From contig JAUCBJ010006712.1 in assembly GCA_032718475.1 (NCBI GenBank), positions 1-54,732 of the forward strand: DNA of 54,732 nt, written 5' to 3'. The DNA is from Nemertoderma westbladi. Lineage: Eukaryota > Animalia > Xenacoelomorpha. The position numbers and the translations under genes were made by a program. This document shows, in pieces, positions 52,148-54,732 of the stretch; the first letter of the stretch is position 1, and each line of letters begins with the position of its first letter. The notes beneath the pieces are model-generated. The model saw only the letters and a list, made by a program, of their open reading frames with translations, was not told the origin of the DNA and searched no databases.

Positions 52148-52702
52148 ATTGGATGTGGATTTTTGGTAGTTTACGTTATAGTTACCTATACTACAGTTAC
52201 ATTGTTGTTGAGTTTCAGTTTCATTATAAAAATTAGCTAGCTACCTATTGTAATAGTTCTAGAAATATTCTGTCGCCTAATTGTGAAAAACTCTATACAC
52301 AATTGAATTTCGTTCATTTAAAAATAATGACAAAAATTGATTCTTTCGATTCTTGTTTTATGGTATAACATTAGATAGGCTCCTTCAGGCGGAGCAACTT
52401 GTGTCGCTGCAACTTTTTTCTGAATAGGTGAGTCCGGAAATGTAAGGAAATTTCATGAGGAAAATTTCGGAAATTTCGGTGACATTTTTCCAGAAATTAT
52501 ATACAGTTTCATATCATTTCTTCACATTTTGTTTCAGAGCATGTGCTGCATAATTTGTAATTCGACTATTTTTGAGAAACCATCATTAAGCATTGTAAAC
52601 TCGATATTACTATAGAAAACTCGTCATTAATAAGTATGACTCATCGTTGATGTAGCGCTTCTAAATACTTAGTACTGTATTGTCTTTGCCTTAGTACTAC
52701 TC

Positions 52703-53749
52703 GTTGCTAAGCTAACACGCTGTTGCTATACAAAATTTAACGTTGCCAAGGAAACTTTGAAAAACGCAATGTTGGTACTAAAAGTCGCCGGTTGCTAAGG
52801 AAATATTTAGTTGCTAAGTATATAAATGTAATTCGAAAATAATTTTGTAATTTTCTACAGAGTCTCATATGCTACAAAATACTGAATACTGAAATGTACA
52901 AAAAAAAAATCGAATTTGGAGTACAAGTCACTGTCACTTGTAACTCACCCGACAAGTCACTCCCAAATTAGGATCAAAACTCTCGTTGCTATGGTCAAAA
53001 TTCAAGACTTTGTTAAATAAAATAGCTGCAGCAGATTCCTCAGAAGTTTTTTCAGTAATCTTTAATATGATTAACTTCTAATGTCAATAAAATACGAAAT
53101 ATGTTACTGAAACTACATAAATAATAAAATCTGCCCGTTGCTATGGTAACAACAGAATAATCACTTCGCTTTTGATCATGAACGTTGACTATGTACCATA
53201 TTGATATGCATCTGAAGAACATATAAAATGTTTCAGATAGAAATTCCACATATTAAATAATATTTTTGGTTGCAATGGTAACTAGAAAAGACATTATTGA
53301 CTGGAAAATTATGGTCTGAATATGGCAACATGCGAGGTACTTGATCCCGAATTGGTTTCTATTTAAAATGATAGTAACCATATTTGGTGTGAAGTAAGAT
53401 TATAGGTGATATTATTTTCTTATTACCTAGGCTACAGGCCAACTGCTATTTCACTTTAATGCCGCATCTAAAAAAGAACAATTATGCTTAAAGACAATAT
53501 AATTCCAACGTTTCCTAGTTTTGCAACATTGGGAACACGTAATACGGATACGTTTCCAAAATTTCATAAATTCACTGTACAATTAAGTTTGGCGATGTAT
53601 TTCTCATTGTTGCCATGAACCGGGTTTCAAAAAGTACCGTACCCATCGGATTCTTCGAGAATGATTTTGGTGGGCTAGGTCGAGGTTAGAATTCCGTAGG
53701 ATTATAGGGAAGAGGTGATTTATATATGACTTTCTGTTGCCATGGGTGA
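52703..53749. promoter_or_regulatory. Cluster of RFX X-box-like motifs (GTTGCYAWGGWAAC), possibly TE-derived
   Basis: gttgctaagctaac 52703, gttgccaaggaaac 52742, gttgctaaggaaat 52791, gttgctatggtaac 53137, gttgcaatggtaac 53269, gttgccatgg 53736, plus half sites. Confidence 0.4.
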
Positions 53750-53885
53750 AATGGTCTTTATAACCAAGTTCCAACAACCCGATTTTGGCCGAATTTGGAT
53801 AAGATGATAAGCATAAAATTTGGGCCTAGAAAATATTAAATTAATTTCTGTTGCAATTTGTCCGAGTTTGTGCCTTTTTTGTGTA

Positions 53886-54075
53886 TTTGGTTAGAAAAAT
53901 CCATCTCTGTAACCGGCTCCGTCTCTCCATTGGTAACAACATCGTGTTCTTGTTTTGGTAAGAAATAACCCGTCTCGGTAACCTGCTCCTTTCCCTCAAT
54001 AGATAATAACATCGTTTATTGTTTTGGTTAGAAAAACCCGTCTCGGTAGCCTGCTCCTTTCCCTCAATTGACAAC
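53886..54075. repeat. Three diverged ~68-bp tandem units
   Basis: tttggtwagaaaaa...cgtctcggtarcctgctcctttccctcaat repeated. Confidence 0.7.
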
Positions 54076-54110
54076 TAAAATGGTTACTAACATGAATCAT
54101 TTTCTGTGAT

Positions 54111-54338
54111 GGGGGGGGGGGGGGGGGGGGGGGTTAACAGGAATGGGGGGTTAACAGCACTGCGAAGGGTAACAGGAATGGGGGGTAACATGACTGGGGG
54201 GGGGGGGGTAACAGCACTCGAGGGGGGGGGGGGGTGGTAACAGGAATGGGGGTTAACAGCACTGCGAGGGTAACAGGAATGGGGGGTACATGACTGGGGG
54301 GGGGGGGGGGGTAACATGACTGGGGGGGAAGGGTAACT
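54111..54338 (+). repeat. G-rich minisatellite (G-run-TAACA-GGAAT/TGACT/GCACT), G-quadruplex prone
   Basis: About ten G-runs, each followed by taaca and a short variable spacer. Confidence 0.8.
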
Positions 54339-54732
54339 TGAAAGTACCCCCTTTTTTCGCCTATCTCATATGGGTCGGAAAAACTCACATCCCTATTTCT
54401 GAAACAAAAGTTGATCCTTGTGAGGGTGGTCAGCAATAAGTTGCTGGACACAATCAGAAACATTGCGCAACAAAAGTGATTGTGTTTGAGAAGCAACAAC
54501 AATTTTTGCGTGTGTGGGGGGGGGGGGGGGGTGGGGTGTCAGTGTGTGTGACGGAAGCCATAATTGTCGGAAGCCAATATATAACTAGCCATAGTATAAT
54601 TGTAGTTGTTCGCTAAGATTACTTTCAGCTTTTGCTTCACGAAGGCCCCGCTCGTATCACACTAACTTTGTTACATTAACTTTACTGTAGTTGGACATTG
54701 ATATGATAGGGTAGTGAGATAAAAATGTAAAT

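Noticed and set aside
54087-54502. Proline-rich ORFs
   Set aside because: Translations of poly-G tracts in a simple repeat.

Overview
Animal genomic DNA, not prokaryotic. The core is an apparently intact two-exon HBS1L gene (ribosome-rescue and nonstop-decay GTPase): exon 1 2761-3727, exon 2 38695-39860, 710 aa spliced. Its single ~35-kb intron is filled almost entirely by ~368 tandem copies of an 84-bp unit made of the gene's own exon-1 3' end (67 bp) plus the first 17 bp of the intron. Each unit therefore carries a copy of the real 5' splice site (CAG|GTAGGT). A variant enriched at the 5' end of the array also creates AATAAA...CA...GU-rich poly(A) sites. An intact, intron-containing hAT-superfamily transposon (20439-24053) has inserted into one donor copy and duplicated it as its target site. 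The flanks hold two copies of one RTE-type LINE, two other LINE fragments, a tRNA-Gly-like sequence, a 63-bp minisatellite, Harbinger remnants and a MITE, a long foldback element, an intronless ORF with PH-like motifs and an RFX X-box-like cluster. The very long repetitive ORFs in the ORF track are by-products of the repeat, not genes.
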